Positions 21,755 through 34,121 are shown, counted from the whole stretch's first letter. The stretch is 61,713 bases of DNA, filler included, from Globobulimina sp. (GCA_003354225.1; 13 parts of 13 records of this genome joined end to end with filler, not necessarily neighbours in it); one strand, 5' to 3'. Program-made: numbers and translations. The notes: generated by a model from the letters alone, not told the origin.

Positions 21755-23700
21755 ATGTCGTCAAATGTTTGGCAAAAGCGATTTAAACGCGAACGTAAAT
21801 TAGCAGACACATTACAAGGCCATATTTATTTAGCCTCCGACTTACAGCACGGCAACAGACGCGTCGTAGTAAAAGAGACCTACAAAACGTTAGTCGACAC
21901 CGGGAAGTCACGCGATGGCCATGTAGTCCACGAAGACTTCCATAACGAGACTCGTATCTTAACCTATTTATCCAAACAACCCGACGCCGACGAAGGTTTT
22001 TGTCGCATCATACTCGAATGGGAAAGCGATGATTGCTTCTATTACGCGATGCAATTTTGCGAGGCCGAGTTATTCAAACATATCTCCAATTCATTCGCGG
22101 CCAGCGGCACCATGTTCGTTTACATGAAAAAAGAGACCAACAAAACGCAAGTGCCCTGCGACAAAAATGACGCCCACGCCTGGCTCAGCGAAGTGCGCGG
22201 CGTATTTCGTCAATGCGTGCAATGTGTGTATTACATGCATGTCAAAGGCATCTGTCACTTGGATTTATCCCTTGAGAACACCATGATCTTTAAAGTGGAC
22301 GGCTTGAAAGTGAAAATCATCGATTTCGGCCTCGCCAAGCATTACGATTACAAAAACAATGAGAAACACGCCAATTTCCTCAACGATAAACGTGTGGGAA
22401 AGCGGGGGTATATGGCGCCGGAAGTGTACAATAAAATGATTTACGACGCGCGCAGAGCGGATATATGGTCCTTAGGTATATACTATACATAAAATGTTAT
22501 CTCATTCTGATTTCAGATACATTTCGCGCTACAACATAAGGCGTGATGTTGTTTATGATGTTGGTCGGTGCGCCTCCGTACAAACGAGCGACGCAACGCG
22601 ACGCCGCGTTCAATTACATCATCAACGGCATGTTGGAGGATGTGTTGAAGCATTGGCGTCGGCTGAGATTGATCAGCCGCGATGCCTTGGATTGCATGGA
22701 TAAGATATTTAAGTGGGAGAAGGATAGGATTAATATGGAGCAGTTAGTACAGCATCCTTTTGTCGATTTGGCCCATTTATTACACGATGACTCTGACAAA
22801 ACGGACCCAGAAAAGTCCTACGTGCGTATCACAGCGGTGGTGTGCGAGTATCACAACAAATATGCTCTGCCGATGCAAGCACAGTACAACAAAGACGGCG
22901 GTGCGTCGGAGCACAAGTCGCAGGCCGCCGACGCCGAGGAGGATGACAGTGCGCAGCTGATCAAATTCACCACGGACGCCATTAGCAAATCGGATAAATT
23001 GATACTGCCCAAATTTGGCACTGCATGTAAGGAGATAGTGAGTTATGGCAATGTGCAGTTATTGGATGATTTTAACCACATTTTGCAGGATCATAGCAAT
23101 GAGAGTGTCAAGCGTATATTATCGCATTCTGTGACCCGTAAATCTGCAAAATCTACGCAGAAAAAGCCAGTGATTGATGCCAGCGATGCGAAAGAAGAAA
23201 GCGATGGAACTGGCAGTGATTTATCTGAATTGTACGAGTCGTTGTTGAATGGGATCAAAAATAAGGCGTTCATTCATATGGATAATAGTATAATAATCCG
23301 GCGTTGTTTTAGGAATCGTCGCAAGTGCGAGGATGAGAAAACTTTGTTGGAAGTGTATGGGAAGTATAACAAGAACGTGATTAATGACGATGGGCATCGT
23401 ATGGCCATGCAGATAATGGATAAGATCTATTTGTATTTCGCGTATACGTACAACTTTGGCTATACACTGAGCAACGACGAAATTAAGCAGTTAACCTTTG
23501 TGGATGCGGAGGAGGAGAAGGAGGATAAAAGTGATGGTGACAACGACGTGGTGCTGTTCAAAGTAAAGCAACTTTTGAAGCGAAAAAAACAGGAAATACT
23601 AAAAACTAAACACGGCAAACAGATATACAATGTGTTACGGAGCAGGAAGGCCAAATATTGCACCGGTTCCAGGAACTGTTTTAGCGACGAAATCAAAGAG
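21755..23700 (+). CDS. CAMK-group-like Ser/Thr kinase with long C-terminal region (3' partial)
   Basis: VVVKE, HLDLSLEN, DFG, GKRGYMAPE; DIWSLG|VMLF is restored by intron 22476-22540. Confidence 0.92.
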
Positions 23701-23800
23701 NNNNNNNNNNNNNNNNNNNNNNNNNNNNNNNNNNNNNNNNNNNNTTAATTAATTAANNNNNNNNNNNNNNNNNNNNNNNNNNNNNNNNNNNNNNNNNNNN

Positions 23801-23997
23801 TGCATAATTTCAAAACAATGATGTGTCTTTAAACCCAAATCATTTAAAACTTTTGAAAGTGTGGTGGTTCCGGTTCGACCTAAACCTGCACCAATTACAA
23901 ATAACTGGTGATCCTCTTCTCTCGATTTATGTTCACTATTATTGATGGCATTAATCACTGCCATCGGGTCATGCGAACTGGGATCACACTCACACAT
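23801..23997 (-). CDS. P-loop sulfotransferase family protein, N-terminus (3' partial)
   Basis: VIGAGLGRTGTTTL..L..LG..HH is the signature start of the Sulfotransfer_4-type family. Confidence 0.85.
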
Positions 23998-24785
23998 TGT
24001 TAGCTAGATACAGTTTTGAAAACAAAAACTTTCAGCCATACCAAAAAAATTAAACTGCAAACTAATGTCAAAATCAGTAGTCGCTGCCTCTGTTATCATA
24101 GTCATCACTTTAGCAACGATCATCAATCAACAGGACAAATCCCAAAAAGAGACAAAAAAATCATTAATCGGAAATTACAGGAAATGTTTTATATGTCAAG
24201 AAAAATTAAAGCATGATCCAATCGCAAAATCTTTAATTAAAGAAGATTTTGCGACATTTACATTGAATAAATGATTTCCAATACATCACACTGTACAGTT
24301 GAAATCAAACGTTTTTAAAAGTGATTATTGGGATTATGACATTTCTCTCCCTCTCATCAATCTTTTTGCTGTGTTTCCTGATTACTTTATACTTTCGTCG
24401 TCAATGTTATTTTTTGTTGTTGTCTAACATTTTCTCATTCTCTCTATTTCCTATCCTGTTCAATTTATGATTTGCGCTTTTTTTGTCTTATCATTTTGCG
24501 TGTACCTTTTTGTGATATTACTGCATATTTCTTTGATAATATCGTATTGGAGCGTTTCTTTTTTCTTTTTTCTTTTTTCTTTTTGTAATAGTATTAAATA
24601 GTAATAATACATTAAATTAAATAAATAATGAACAATTGCCTCGTTTAGAAGGTTTGTTTTAGATTTTTCATAGATTTAATTTATCCTCGCACAAAATCAA
24701 CATTCACGTGATTCCGAGTCAGAATATATCGTTTAAAATTTAAATGTTTTTCCACTACTAACTGAAGTTCAACATAAATGAAACA

Positions 24786-26237
24786 ATGTGGCGTTTACCA
24801 ACAAAGATATTTTTTCGTGAGAGTGGATTGTTACAATTACCAGAAATAATTCAACAAAACATACTTCCAAAAGTATCATCAGCACTGATTGTGACAGATC
24901 ACAAATTTAAGACAAACACAACATGGATAGATAATGTCTCAGAAACATTACAACAAACATTAGAATGCAATGTCAATATCTATGACTCCGCCCCTATTAA
25001 CCCTCGAATTGAAACAGTTGATGAAATCACAGCTATTGCCTTGGAACATCAATCAGATATTATAATAAGTATAGGTGGCGGCAGTTCAATTGATGCTGGA
25101 AAGGCAGCAGCAATGTATGTATCGCCAGAAAATAATAATAGAAAATTATCAGCATCAAAAACATTCGGTGTCCCATCAAAAAATGGATCGTTGCCATTTA
25201 TTGCTGTTCCAAGTACCTGCGGTACAGGCTCGGAAGTTACATGGGTCTCTGTGCTGAATGATGCTAATATTAAACGCAAAATATCAATAAAAGGTGAACC
25301 TATTCGCTCCATGCTCACAGTTTGCGAAAATTAAGCATGTCTTCAGTCGAAAATCTTTTTTTGTTTGCAAACGAAAACTGTTAATTTAAACATTAATTCT
25401 AATTTTGTAATGGTTATAATTTGCAAACAAAAATATATAATAAACCATGCAAACAATCAAAAAAAAACTCATTTGTATAAAGGTGAAAGTATGTTTCCAA
25501 CAGCAGCCATAATTGATAGTGATTTATTGAAAACATTACCAATGAATTTAATTGCCTGGACCTCAATGGATGCGTTGACTCACGCTTTGGAAGCGTATAC
25601 ATGCAATTGTGGCAATGAAATATCTGACCAATTTGCTATACGTGCCATAGATTTAATTTTCGAATATCTTCCCCGGGCCGTAAATAAAATAAAACAAGAT
25701 AGATTTGCGAGGTATTATGTAGCTATGGCCTCAACATACGCAGGAATGGCATTTGGTAATGCAGACGTTTGCGCAGTGCATTGTTTGTCTGAAACATTGG
25801 GCGGTACATATGACATAGCACACGGTTTAGCAAACAGTTCAATTTTATATTGTACCATGAAATATCACCAACCATTTATAAAAGATAAATTAATTGAATT
25901 ATGTAAGAAAATAGAAATTGAAAAGAAAATGATTTACAATATGTTAGTGAATGAATATGATGGCGGACTGGTTGGATTACAAAAATTAAATGGTGATGAT
26001 TTATTTTTATTATGTTTGGATAGATTGAGGTCGGAAATTGGACATGTTTTAAAATCATTTAATGAGTTGAATGTAAATACAAATGATTGGGAGTATATTG
26101 CAAAAGAATGTGTTGTAAATGGAAGTAATAACTCCAATCCACAGGAAATGAAGGAAGAGAATTATATTGAATTGTTAACTATGCTACAAAATGATAGCAT
26201 TACATATATAAAAAATCCTTGTCATCAACATATGTAA
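24786..26237 (+). CDS. Iron-containing (type III) alcohol dehydrogenase
   Basis: GGGSSIDAGK, PSTCGTGSEVT, DALTHALE, VH, HGLAN. Intron 25294-25482 restores KG|ESMFP. Confidence 0.93.
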
Positions 26238-26527
26238 AAAGACAATATGCATTTGTTTGAGAAAAAAAAGTCATCCAATGTTTTTTTTTTCGAGAGAAAC
26301 TGCAAAACAAGTTGTATAAATTGAATTAAATTCTTATCTTCACACAAAGACAAAACTATCAATCCACAACGATTTCTAACTTTTGAAAACCATTTTAAAT
26401 TAAAATTAATGTTAGAAATGTTTCTGACGTTGTTTAATATCTGGATCAACATTCAACAAAACATCATATATGTACATAAATAAATAAATAAAAAAACTAA
26501 TAAATATAATATGCAATAAATTTCATG

Positions 26528-27772
26528 TCAATCAATAATTTTTTTTGATTTGGCAGCATAACGACAGAGATTCATAAAACATTGATTGCAACAATTACAT
26601 AACGATGTATATAATGGATCACCGAATGGAATCATCATTATTACACAAATTGAATTTACTAAACTATCAATACTCGCCATATTCATAGGTATTAGCAATG
26701 TAAACCTCGTTTGCGGTAAAAATAGAAACCGAAAAGAACACCAAAAAAATGTTACTAAAGCAACAGATGTTGACGTAACAAATACCAATACAGAGTTTCT
26801 TGCTGTAACTTGCAAGAAATCTAATTCAACCCTCCGCTGACTATCCTGTCGAAACATCTCCTGATTACTTGCACTTTGCTCCATTGCTGGTTTTGGAATT
26901 GGAGCGGATTTTGATATTATTGACAATGGGTTGGGATGTTGCTGTTGAGGTACTCCATATGGCTCGATATGAGCACCAGAGGCCGAGGGTGAATGCACTA
27001 TGACTTGCATACTGTTATCGGGATCGGGTGATCTGATGATAAGTGGCATAGACTGTTCTTGCATTATCAAATGTAATAATCTTTTACTAAACATATATAA
27101 TAAAATAAATGTTATAATTAAATATAAAATACGAAATGAGTTAAATGCGACTTCTGCCACAACTAAATTTTGTGTGTATACAGCCCAATAAGCAACAACT
27201 ACGGAGATCAAACCAGTAACAGTGACAAACATATTTATTGCATAAAATAACGTTTTTGAGAGTGAAAATGCTGACGATTTAAAAGCGAAAAATAATCTGC
27301 CATTAAAAAACCAAACTAAAGCTATGGTGCCGATGTACCAGCAGATGGTTGATATTATACGAAAGTAATGAGATGGATGGTTGATATAAAACACGTTGTC
27401 ATCGTAATGTGGGTCTAATAGCAGATGTATACTGTATGCCGCATTAAATAGTGAACAGCCGGCATTGAATACCTGTAAAATAGACGCAGAGAATTTAAAA
27501 TATGCCGCAATATCATCGGCTTCACATTTTTCAGTGTCAGAGGAAACACTTTTTGTTGGTGCATTTTTCGTTGTCGTCGATTTTGATTTACATTCTGTGG
27601 TTGTCGTCGATTTTGATGGTCGTCGTTTCATTTTCATTATTTTTCGATTTTTTTCATTCGGATTAGCAAAATGGTTTATAACATATCCAGCAATTACTGT
27701 TGTTATTATTGCAATAAATGTTGATATGACGGCTGCTAATATTACGATAACTTTCTCGGTTGATTGGAACAT
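26528..27772 (-). CDS. Seven-transmembrane GPCR-like protein
   Basis: Seven hydrophobic segments, FNGRL after TM3, long third loop, DSLVN in TM7, LC..C tail. Same type as 6229-7290. Confidence 0.7.
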   Translation of the reverse strand: MFQSTEKVIVILAAVISTFIAIITTVIAGYVINHFANPNEKNRKIMKMKRRPSKSTTTTECKSKSTTTKNAPTKSVSSDTEKCEADDIAAYFKFSASILQVFNAGCSLFNAAYSIHLLLDPHYDDNVFYINHPSHYFRIISTICWYIGTIALVWFFNGRLFFAFKSSAFSLSKTLFYAINMFVTVTGLISVVVAYWAVYTQNLVVAEVAFNSFRILYLIITFILLYMFSKRLLHLIMQEQSMPLIIRSPDPDNSMQVIVHSPSASGAHIEPYGVPQQQHPNPLSIISKSAPIPKPAMEQSASNQEMFRQDSQRRVELDFLQVTARNSVLVFVTSTSVALVTFFWCSFRFLFLPQTRFTLLIPMNMASIDSLVNSICVIMMIPFGDPLYTSLCNCCNQCFMNLCRYAAKSKKIID

Positions 27773-27911
27773 TGTTAATAATAATTTCCTTGTGATTTTT
27801 CCAAATTACAATCTGTATCAACATAAATTAGATGAATGATTGCGATGAGCACAGCACAGCACAGTACAGTTGAAGTGAAAACATTAATTGATAATCGACT
27901 AATAAATAATA

Positions 27912-28399
27912 ATGGGTGCCGGTCAATCGAAGAAAGCAAAAGCAGCTAAAAAAGCAAAAGAAAACAAAGCAAATGCAGGAGCATGTTGTGTTATTGTAGC
28001 GATAATATTAATTGTTATTGCATTGATTGTGAATGAATTAATTCTTTATTCAGATCCTGATGTTGATGATCGATGCCTCGGTACGATATGGTTGGGATAT
28101 AATTGAGACATGTCTTCCAATTATAGGCTGCATCGATGTTTCCGTAGATTCTCTTTGTGATCTTTGCATTGATGATTGCGAGCAGTGTCAAATGATGAAT
28201 ACTGCAAAAAGTCGCAAAATTTACGAAATTTTTAGTAGTGGCAGTGGTGATATTGATCGCTGTGGCAGTGATTACATATTATTCAGTTGCTGCAGATACC
28301 GAAGCATGGGATTCGGACTCTGATACGGTGCATTTTGGCGCATCTGGATGGTTAGATGTATTTGCTGCAATTGTTGCAATGTTTGGATGCTTAGCTTAA
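27912..28399 (+). pseudogene. Claudin/amastin-like tetraspan pseudogene
   Basis: Three frames stitch into TM1, a YGW..C..C loop, TM3 (FLVVAVVILIAVAVITY) and TM4 (FGASGWLDVFAAIV). Frameshifts near 28070 and 28205; TM2 appears deleted. Confidence 0.6.
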
Positions 28400-28556
28400 G
28401 TGCAAGGATAAAAAATTAATGTTTGTATATAGTTTTAATAAATAATTAGATTTGCTNNNNNNNNNNNNNNNNNNNNNNNNNNNNNNNNNNNNNNNNNNNN
28501 TTAATTAATTAANNNNNNNNNNNNNNNNNNNNNNNNNNNNNNNNNNNNNNNNNNNN

Positions 28557-28848
28557 AATCAATCCTTGTGTTAATCATTTTTTGTAACGCATGTCTTATT
28601 CCTTTTTTGTCAATCACAAAAATATCAATTCCTTCTCCTGAGGCTGAATCTCTTTGGATTGCTGCGTTTAATGATTTTACTACAAGGTTAACTCCCTCTT
28701 CTTCGCTTAAGCCCTTCTTGAAAGTTGATTCAAGAACTCCATAAGCCATTACACTTCCTGACCCGCTTGATACAAAATCGTCAATCTCTGCGATTGAGCC
28801 ATCTGGGTATAGGTCATATAACTGTGCTTTATTATCATATCCTCCAAT
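28557..28848 (-). CDS. psmB: Archaeal-type 20S proteasome beta subunit, C-terminal fragment (foreign DNA)
   Basis: GGYD..LYDLYPDGS..DDFVSSGSGSVMAYGVLES..AIQRDSASGEGIDI. The Thr1 region is absent. Lies at the contig end. Confidence 0.85.
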
Positions 28849-29897
28849 TGTGATAACTGTTTTGTCATTCATCATAAAGCTGGGTAAGCCCATGTCTTTC
28901 ATGTCGTCGCCCATGCCCTATTTTTTAAGTGTGGCACAGTTTAAGTAAAAAAAACATGTGGATAATGTATAAAATGTATAAAAAAACGTGTGTCTGTGTG
29001 TACGTAGCAATATAGGCATACCATCGGGAACATATTCATTTCGAATGGATGGTTGTTTGCGTTCAATGTATTGATGTTTTCATCCGCACCAAACCAGTCT
29101 AAATTGCTATTATTATTATTCAAAATCGGTGCGGACACTGCATCCATTATCATTGCACCATCATTGCCACAGTGACCACCGTTGCTTAATTCTAAATTAT
29201 TACTATTCTGTGCCTGTGTATGTGGATGGGTATGTTCGCCCGGTTTTTGTTCGATATTTGGTAAATTCGATGCAATATTCGTCTCATTTGGTGCCGTGGC
29301 CGGTGTTATATTCATATTGCGCTCATTCTGCATATAAACACATAAAAACATAAAAAAAATGCATATAATTATTCATCGGAGTGCCACACCACACACATAA
29401 CAAAAAAAAAAACAGATCGGTCTGAAACTCAACTGCATTTATATTAATATTACTTAATTTCTCTTTGAATAACGCGCGTTTCGTGATATTATTATGCTTC
29501 TCCTCCTCCTCAATCGCGTGATTTATAGCTCGTTTATGTGGGGATATTATAGGCTCATTTTCCGACTCAGCACCACTTATTGACATATTATTATTATTAT
29601 TCATCTCCGAACCATTCATATTTCCCGATTGGAATTGTTGGACTGCACCGGGAACATTTAAATGGTTATTATGGTTCGTGTACGTCGCATATATGTCCTC
29701 CTTATAAGTACAAAAAAGCAAATACGAAAAAGTTACCATACAAATCTGACAAATTGCAAAGGTTTACACGTGTAAAAAAGTGACAAAATGCATGGATATA
29801 TGAGAAATCCGCATAGTGTGTAAATGCATAAAAAATAAAAACTAAACAGAATGCGTGATTTTGCGCCGCTTATTGGGGTGATTTGCATTATTATACT
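28849..29897 (-). CDS. Multi-exon Asn-rich protein with KRRK NLS-like motif, interrupted by the archaeal fragment
   Basis: Exon-like blocks in ORFs 29323-29739 and 28941-29351. Phase-0 splice CCG ATG|gt..ag|GGC ATG leads into 28917. Upstream exon boundaries are uncertain. Confidence 0.5.
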
Positions 29898-30023
29898 GAT
29901 CGTCATTTGTATTCATATTATAATACGCTCTCTTGCCTCGATTTGGACTTTCTATCAATTCGCGATATCGAATCTTTGTTAACTGCGTTACCGTTATGTA
30001 TGAACTTCATTGGATAATATTAA

Positions 30024-30767
30024 CTAAACTGGAATTGGCTGCGTTGGCGGCGGCAAATGATTGTAATTTGGCGGAGAATAAACCTGATTTCGATGGTCGA
30101 TCAGCAATGGATTGGGTGACAGTGACTGTTGCCGAGTGTACTGATAATACGATGGGAATGAATCAATCTGAAATGGCGAGTGTATGTACGTAGGCTCCCA
30201 AAAGGATGGCTGCGGAATGGGCGTCAATGGAGGCGGAGTGTAGTATGGTGGGCTTAGTCGAAGTTCGAACTGAGTCACAGTTTTTGGAATGTGTTTCAAA
30301 TTCGGCAGCTGCAATGTTCTGCTTTTCAATTTCGACTTTTTCTTCTTATTCTTGCTGCCTTTGGGCCGGCCTCGGCCTCTTTTTTTGGGTTTTTTGGGTG
30401 TTTTGGGCGTGTTGGACGAGAAATGCTTGTTTTCTTTGTCTGAGATGGATTGCAGTGATAATGATTTTGTTTTTGTTGGGGGATTTAACTCAAATTCTTC
30501 AGGTTCGAAGTCATTTAAACCGTCAATGTATTTGCTATTAATGGTTGGCGTGGATGGTGTCGGCGGTGTGGCTGCGCCTGCGGCTAATTTGAAATCGCAG
30601 TCAAACTCTAATGGCGCCAATTTGAAATAGGAGGGATCGGATGGAAACTGTTGGTGTTTTTGTTTGTGTTTTAGGTTTAAAACCGAATGGTTTAGGATTA
30701 TTATTTCCAATTTTTTTGGTTTTGGGTTTATAATAAGTTTAAACTTAACATCGCAAGCAATATTCAT
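30024..30767 (-). CDS. AT-hook-containing Pro-rich nuclear protein
   Basis: KKRGRGRPKGSKNK is a canonical AT-hook. Start placed at the ATG of MNIACD. Confidence 0.65.
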   Translation of the reverse strand: MNIACDVKFKLIINPKPKKLEIIILNHSVLNLKHKQKHQQFPSDPSYFKLAPLEFDCDFKLAAGAATPPTPSTPTINSKYIDGLNDFEPEEFELNPPTKTKSLSLQSISDKENKHFSSNTPKTPKKPKKRGRGRPKGSKNKKKKSKLKSRTLQLPNLKHIPKTVTQFELRLSPPYYTPPPLTPIPQPSFWEPTYIHSPFQIDSFPSYYQYTRQQSLSPNPLLIDHRNQVYSPPNYNHLPPPTQPIPV

Positions 30768-31005
30768 TGGAGTATTTTTTTGTTGAATGATAATTGTTTG
30801 TAATGGGTACAAATTATTAGATTGGAACAAAAATGTGATTTGTATTTTATTTGGTGAATGAGTGGTGAGATTGAGGTGGATTGGCTGCGAATGGAGTTGA
30901 TAAGTTGTTCGTAACTTTAAGTTACAAACTGGTGGACGAAAAGATGAGTTCGAAAAAGATTTTGGAAAAGATGAGCTCGAAAAGATGATCACTAGCCATA
31001 CCCTC

Positions 31006-33027
31006 ATGGATTGCCTTATTTTACTAACCTTTTATATCCATGCATTGCAATCCCAAGTTGATCCATTCACAGATTTTACCCAATCGAGCATATTCATGCC
31101 ATGGGGTCAAACCTCACTGTTGCTGGGATATCATGCCTCAACCAACAGAATATGGTTAATTGGCGGTGATCGACACAGTGAAACGACTAGAAACGAAGTA
31201 TGGTATTATGATATTGATGCAGACTCTTTTACTGATGTCAGATCCCTTACATCCAACCTCGATGAATTATACAGTCAAAGTTCGACCTACATTGGAAACT
31301 CGATATATTTTGTAAATAATGCTAGGTTGCGTCGATTTGATATTGGCGCCACAGATGGAACTCTCTACGATTTGGGCACTACAGCAACCTCAGCCGTGTT
31401 GTCGCCGTGCATCACAAAATCAAAAGATGAAAAGTATATTTTTATTGTTGCTGGAGAGCCTTTGTCCGCTGTTGGTGATGGCTCCGTATTATTTCAAATT
31501 TATGATATTCAAAATTCGCAATTTAGCACTGGTCATTCATTAAACCATAAAAGATATTTTTTATCATGTAATGTGTCACCGGATGGTAAGGCTTTGTATG
31601 TATTTGGTGGAGTATATGCAATGTTTCCTGGTTATATTACCCCGCAAACTTCCATTGAAAAATTGGATGTTTCTGATATCAATGCTGTGAAATCAAAAAG
31701 TGTTTCTTGGTCCGTTACATCGATGACTATGGCTTCCAATGAATGGTACAGTCGAAGTATTGTCGATTATGTGAATAACTTGATTTATATGGTTTCGAAT
31801 CTGTCGATTATTGTGAATAACTTGATATTGTCGATTATTGGTGGGCGTACGGATGATGGTTTCGAGTCTGCTGACGATAAGATACAAATTGTTAATCCAA
31901 CATCGGATACGATATATTCATCAGCAACAAAATTAAATGTGGGTAGGTCCGCTCCGTCAGTCATCAATCTTGGTCAAACATTGTATGTTTTTGGGGGTTT
32001 TACTGCGAACAATGTAATATTGAATACATTTGGAACATGCAGTTTATTGGATTTATCGGTTACGTCAATGCCAAGCAGTGGCGTTAAGTTTTTTGCTGAT
32101 TTATAAAACTGACCTAAATTTAATGTTTTTTATAATATACAGCCTACATTCAATCCAAGCATCTCACCAACTAATCTCCCGACTAAAGTTCCATCAAATA
32201 ATCCAAGTGGATTTCCCAGCAGTCCACCAACAAAAGATCCATCAAATAATCCATCAAATAATCCATCAAATAATCCATCAAATAATCCATCAAATAATCC
32301 AACAAATAATCCAACAAATACTCCTACAAATAATCCAACAAATAATCCAACAAAAGATCCTTCAAATAATCCAACAACAATACATACGACACTTTACGCA
32401 GAAGGTCGCGTTCAAACAATTTATGTTTCCAATTCGGACAAAACTGCAGAACAAAATAATGATAACGATACACGATCAGATACCATGACATTATTATACA
32501 TTATAATTGCTGTATTAGCGGCAGTTATTGTTGGATGTGGCTGTATTTTATTTTTTATTTATCGTAATAAAGGAAAATTGACTGTAGCAAATCAAATACA
32601 TTTAAATGTTGGTATTGAATTAAACAGTTGCCCTGATTCGCCGCCTCAAGGTACGTATGCTATTATTTTAAAATTAGAGAATTCCAATTGCACAGTTACT
32701 GCAAATACAGGAACATGGATTACCACTCCAAATGATGGTGATATTGTTGCTAAAATAAACGCACACCGGGCACACCATATTGGTTATGTTGGTGATGTTC
32801 TTTATGATGAAGATATTGATAATATTCAATTACAAAATGAATCAAATGATACTGATGCGAGAGGTATGGCAGCATCTGATCATTCTGATGGATATGTTGC
32901 GGAGAAAGAGAAAGGAAAACACGCAGTGATACAATCTGCACAAAGTGATAAAGAAGAGATTATTATTGATATGAATAATAATAAAACAAGTGGAGAAAAT
33001 GATGTAGATAATGAAATTAAAAAGTGA
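31006..33027 (+). CDS. Type-I membrane protein: kelch beta-propeller + PSNN/PTNN stalk + single TM
   Basis: Signal peptide; repeated IWLIGG, LYVFGG and IIGG blades. Intron 32083-32142 joins the stalk exon in frame with TM ORF 32485-33027. Confidence 0.85.
32239..32378 (+). repeat. Coding 12-nt tandem repeat (CCATCAAATAAT)n
   Basis: Directly visible; encodes PSNN/PTNN. Confidence 0.95.
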
Positions 33028-34121
33028 AACCAGATCGAATCTAACTTTGATAAATCTAAGATTGTGCCTTCAATTAATAAAAACTGCCTGTTGTTAATAT
33101 TATTGTGTCATATATAGTTTTCTTGCGAAATATTGGTTTTATATATATATATATACCGAATCACGTACTCTTGTTGGGATATCATTTGCGATCGAAAAAG
33201 ATTTTGGAAANNNNNNNNNNNNNNNNNNNNNNNNNNNNNNNNNNNNNNNNNNNNTTAATTAATTAANNNNNNNNNNNNNNNNNNNNNNNNNNNNNNNNNN
33301 NNNNNNNNNNTTTACATTGTGACATTACAACACTTGTACATCGCAAAATGTTTGAAAACGTTATTATAAACAACAGCATGGCTGATGCATATATTTGGAG
33401 CTGTGCCCCAAAACTTCCACTTGGCGTCCTTGCATTCACCTGGTGGTGATTGGCGGATTTCCAGACAAAGGGGATGTGTGATACAATTCCTTTGTCAGGA
33501 AATCGGCTACCAATCCTGGTGTCATCATTAATTTTACAGTGAATGTGTGTCGAATAGGTATTTTTGTGATACTTCTGTCATTAAAAAAAATGGGATATAA
33601 CTGGCAAAGGTTAATAATGTACAAGTTATCGGTATATAAATATATGCCGGCGATGTATTACAATAATGCATGAATGGAATAGCAACTGTCGGAAAAAACT
33701 CATGACTGCAATTTATATGTTAATTCTGCTTTCGACGCCATGCAAAAACCCACCGGTACGATAAGTTAACTAAACGATATATTCAAAAACCCACCGGTCC
33801 GATAAGTTGTATACATTTAATTTTATTCAATCATCTGAGAAACGCTTTGAAAATCCAAAAACGGTTTGCTATAAGTTTGTCTTGGCTGACAACACCACCA
33901 AACGGATGACCCTGCACTTTGTTACTTTATTCAACATGCACAAAAAAAAAACGCATTTATTAAACAGAAACTACTCAGTTTATGTCATTTCAACTGCATG
34001 AATTGATTCAGATCCTACACCAATATCACTTAACAACGGTTCAGACATTGTCTTATTATTTTTGTTATGATCCACACTAAACACAACTATTCGATTTGCT
34101 CTTTCAATTTCAATATCAACA

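Noticed and set aside
32030-32488. IIHQ/IIQQ repeat ORF
   Set aside because: Alternative frame of the PSNN stalk exon, which splices in frame between the kelch and TM regions.
33311-33720. Possible gene on the minus strand
   Set aside because: Coding-like patches switch frames with several stops and no recognisable family.
33743-33808. CRISPR array
   Set aside because: Only two copies with a 16-bp gap, no cas genes, and a eukaryotic context.
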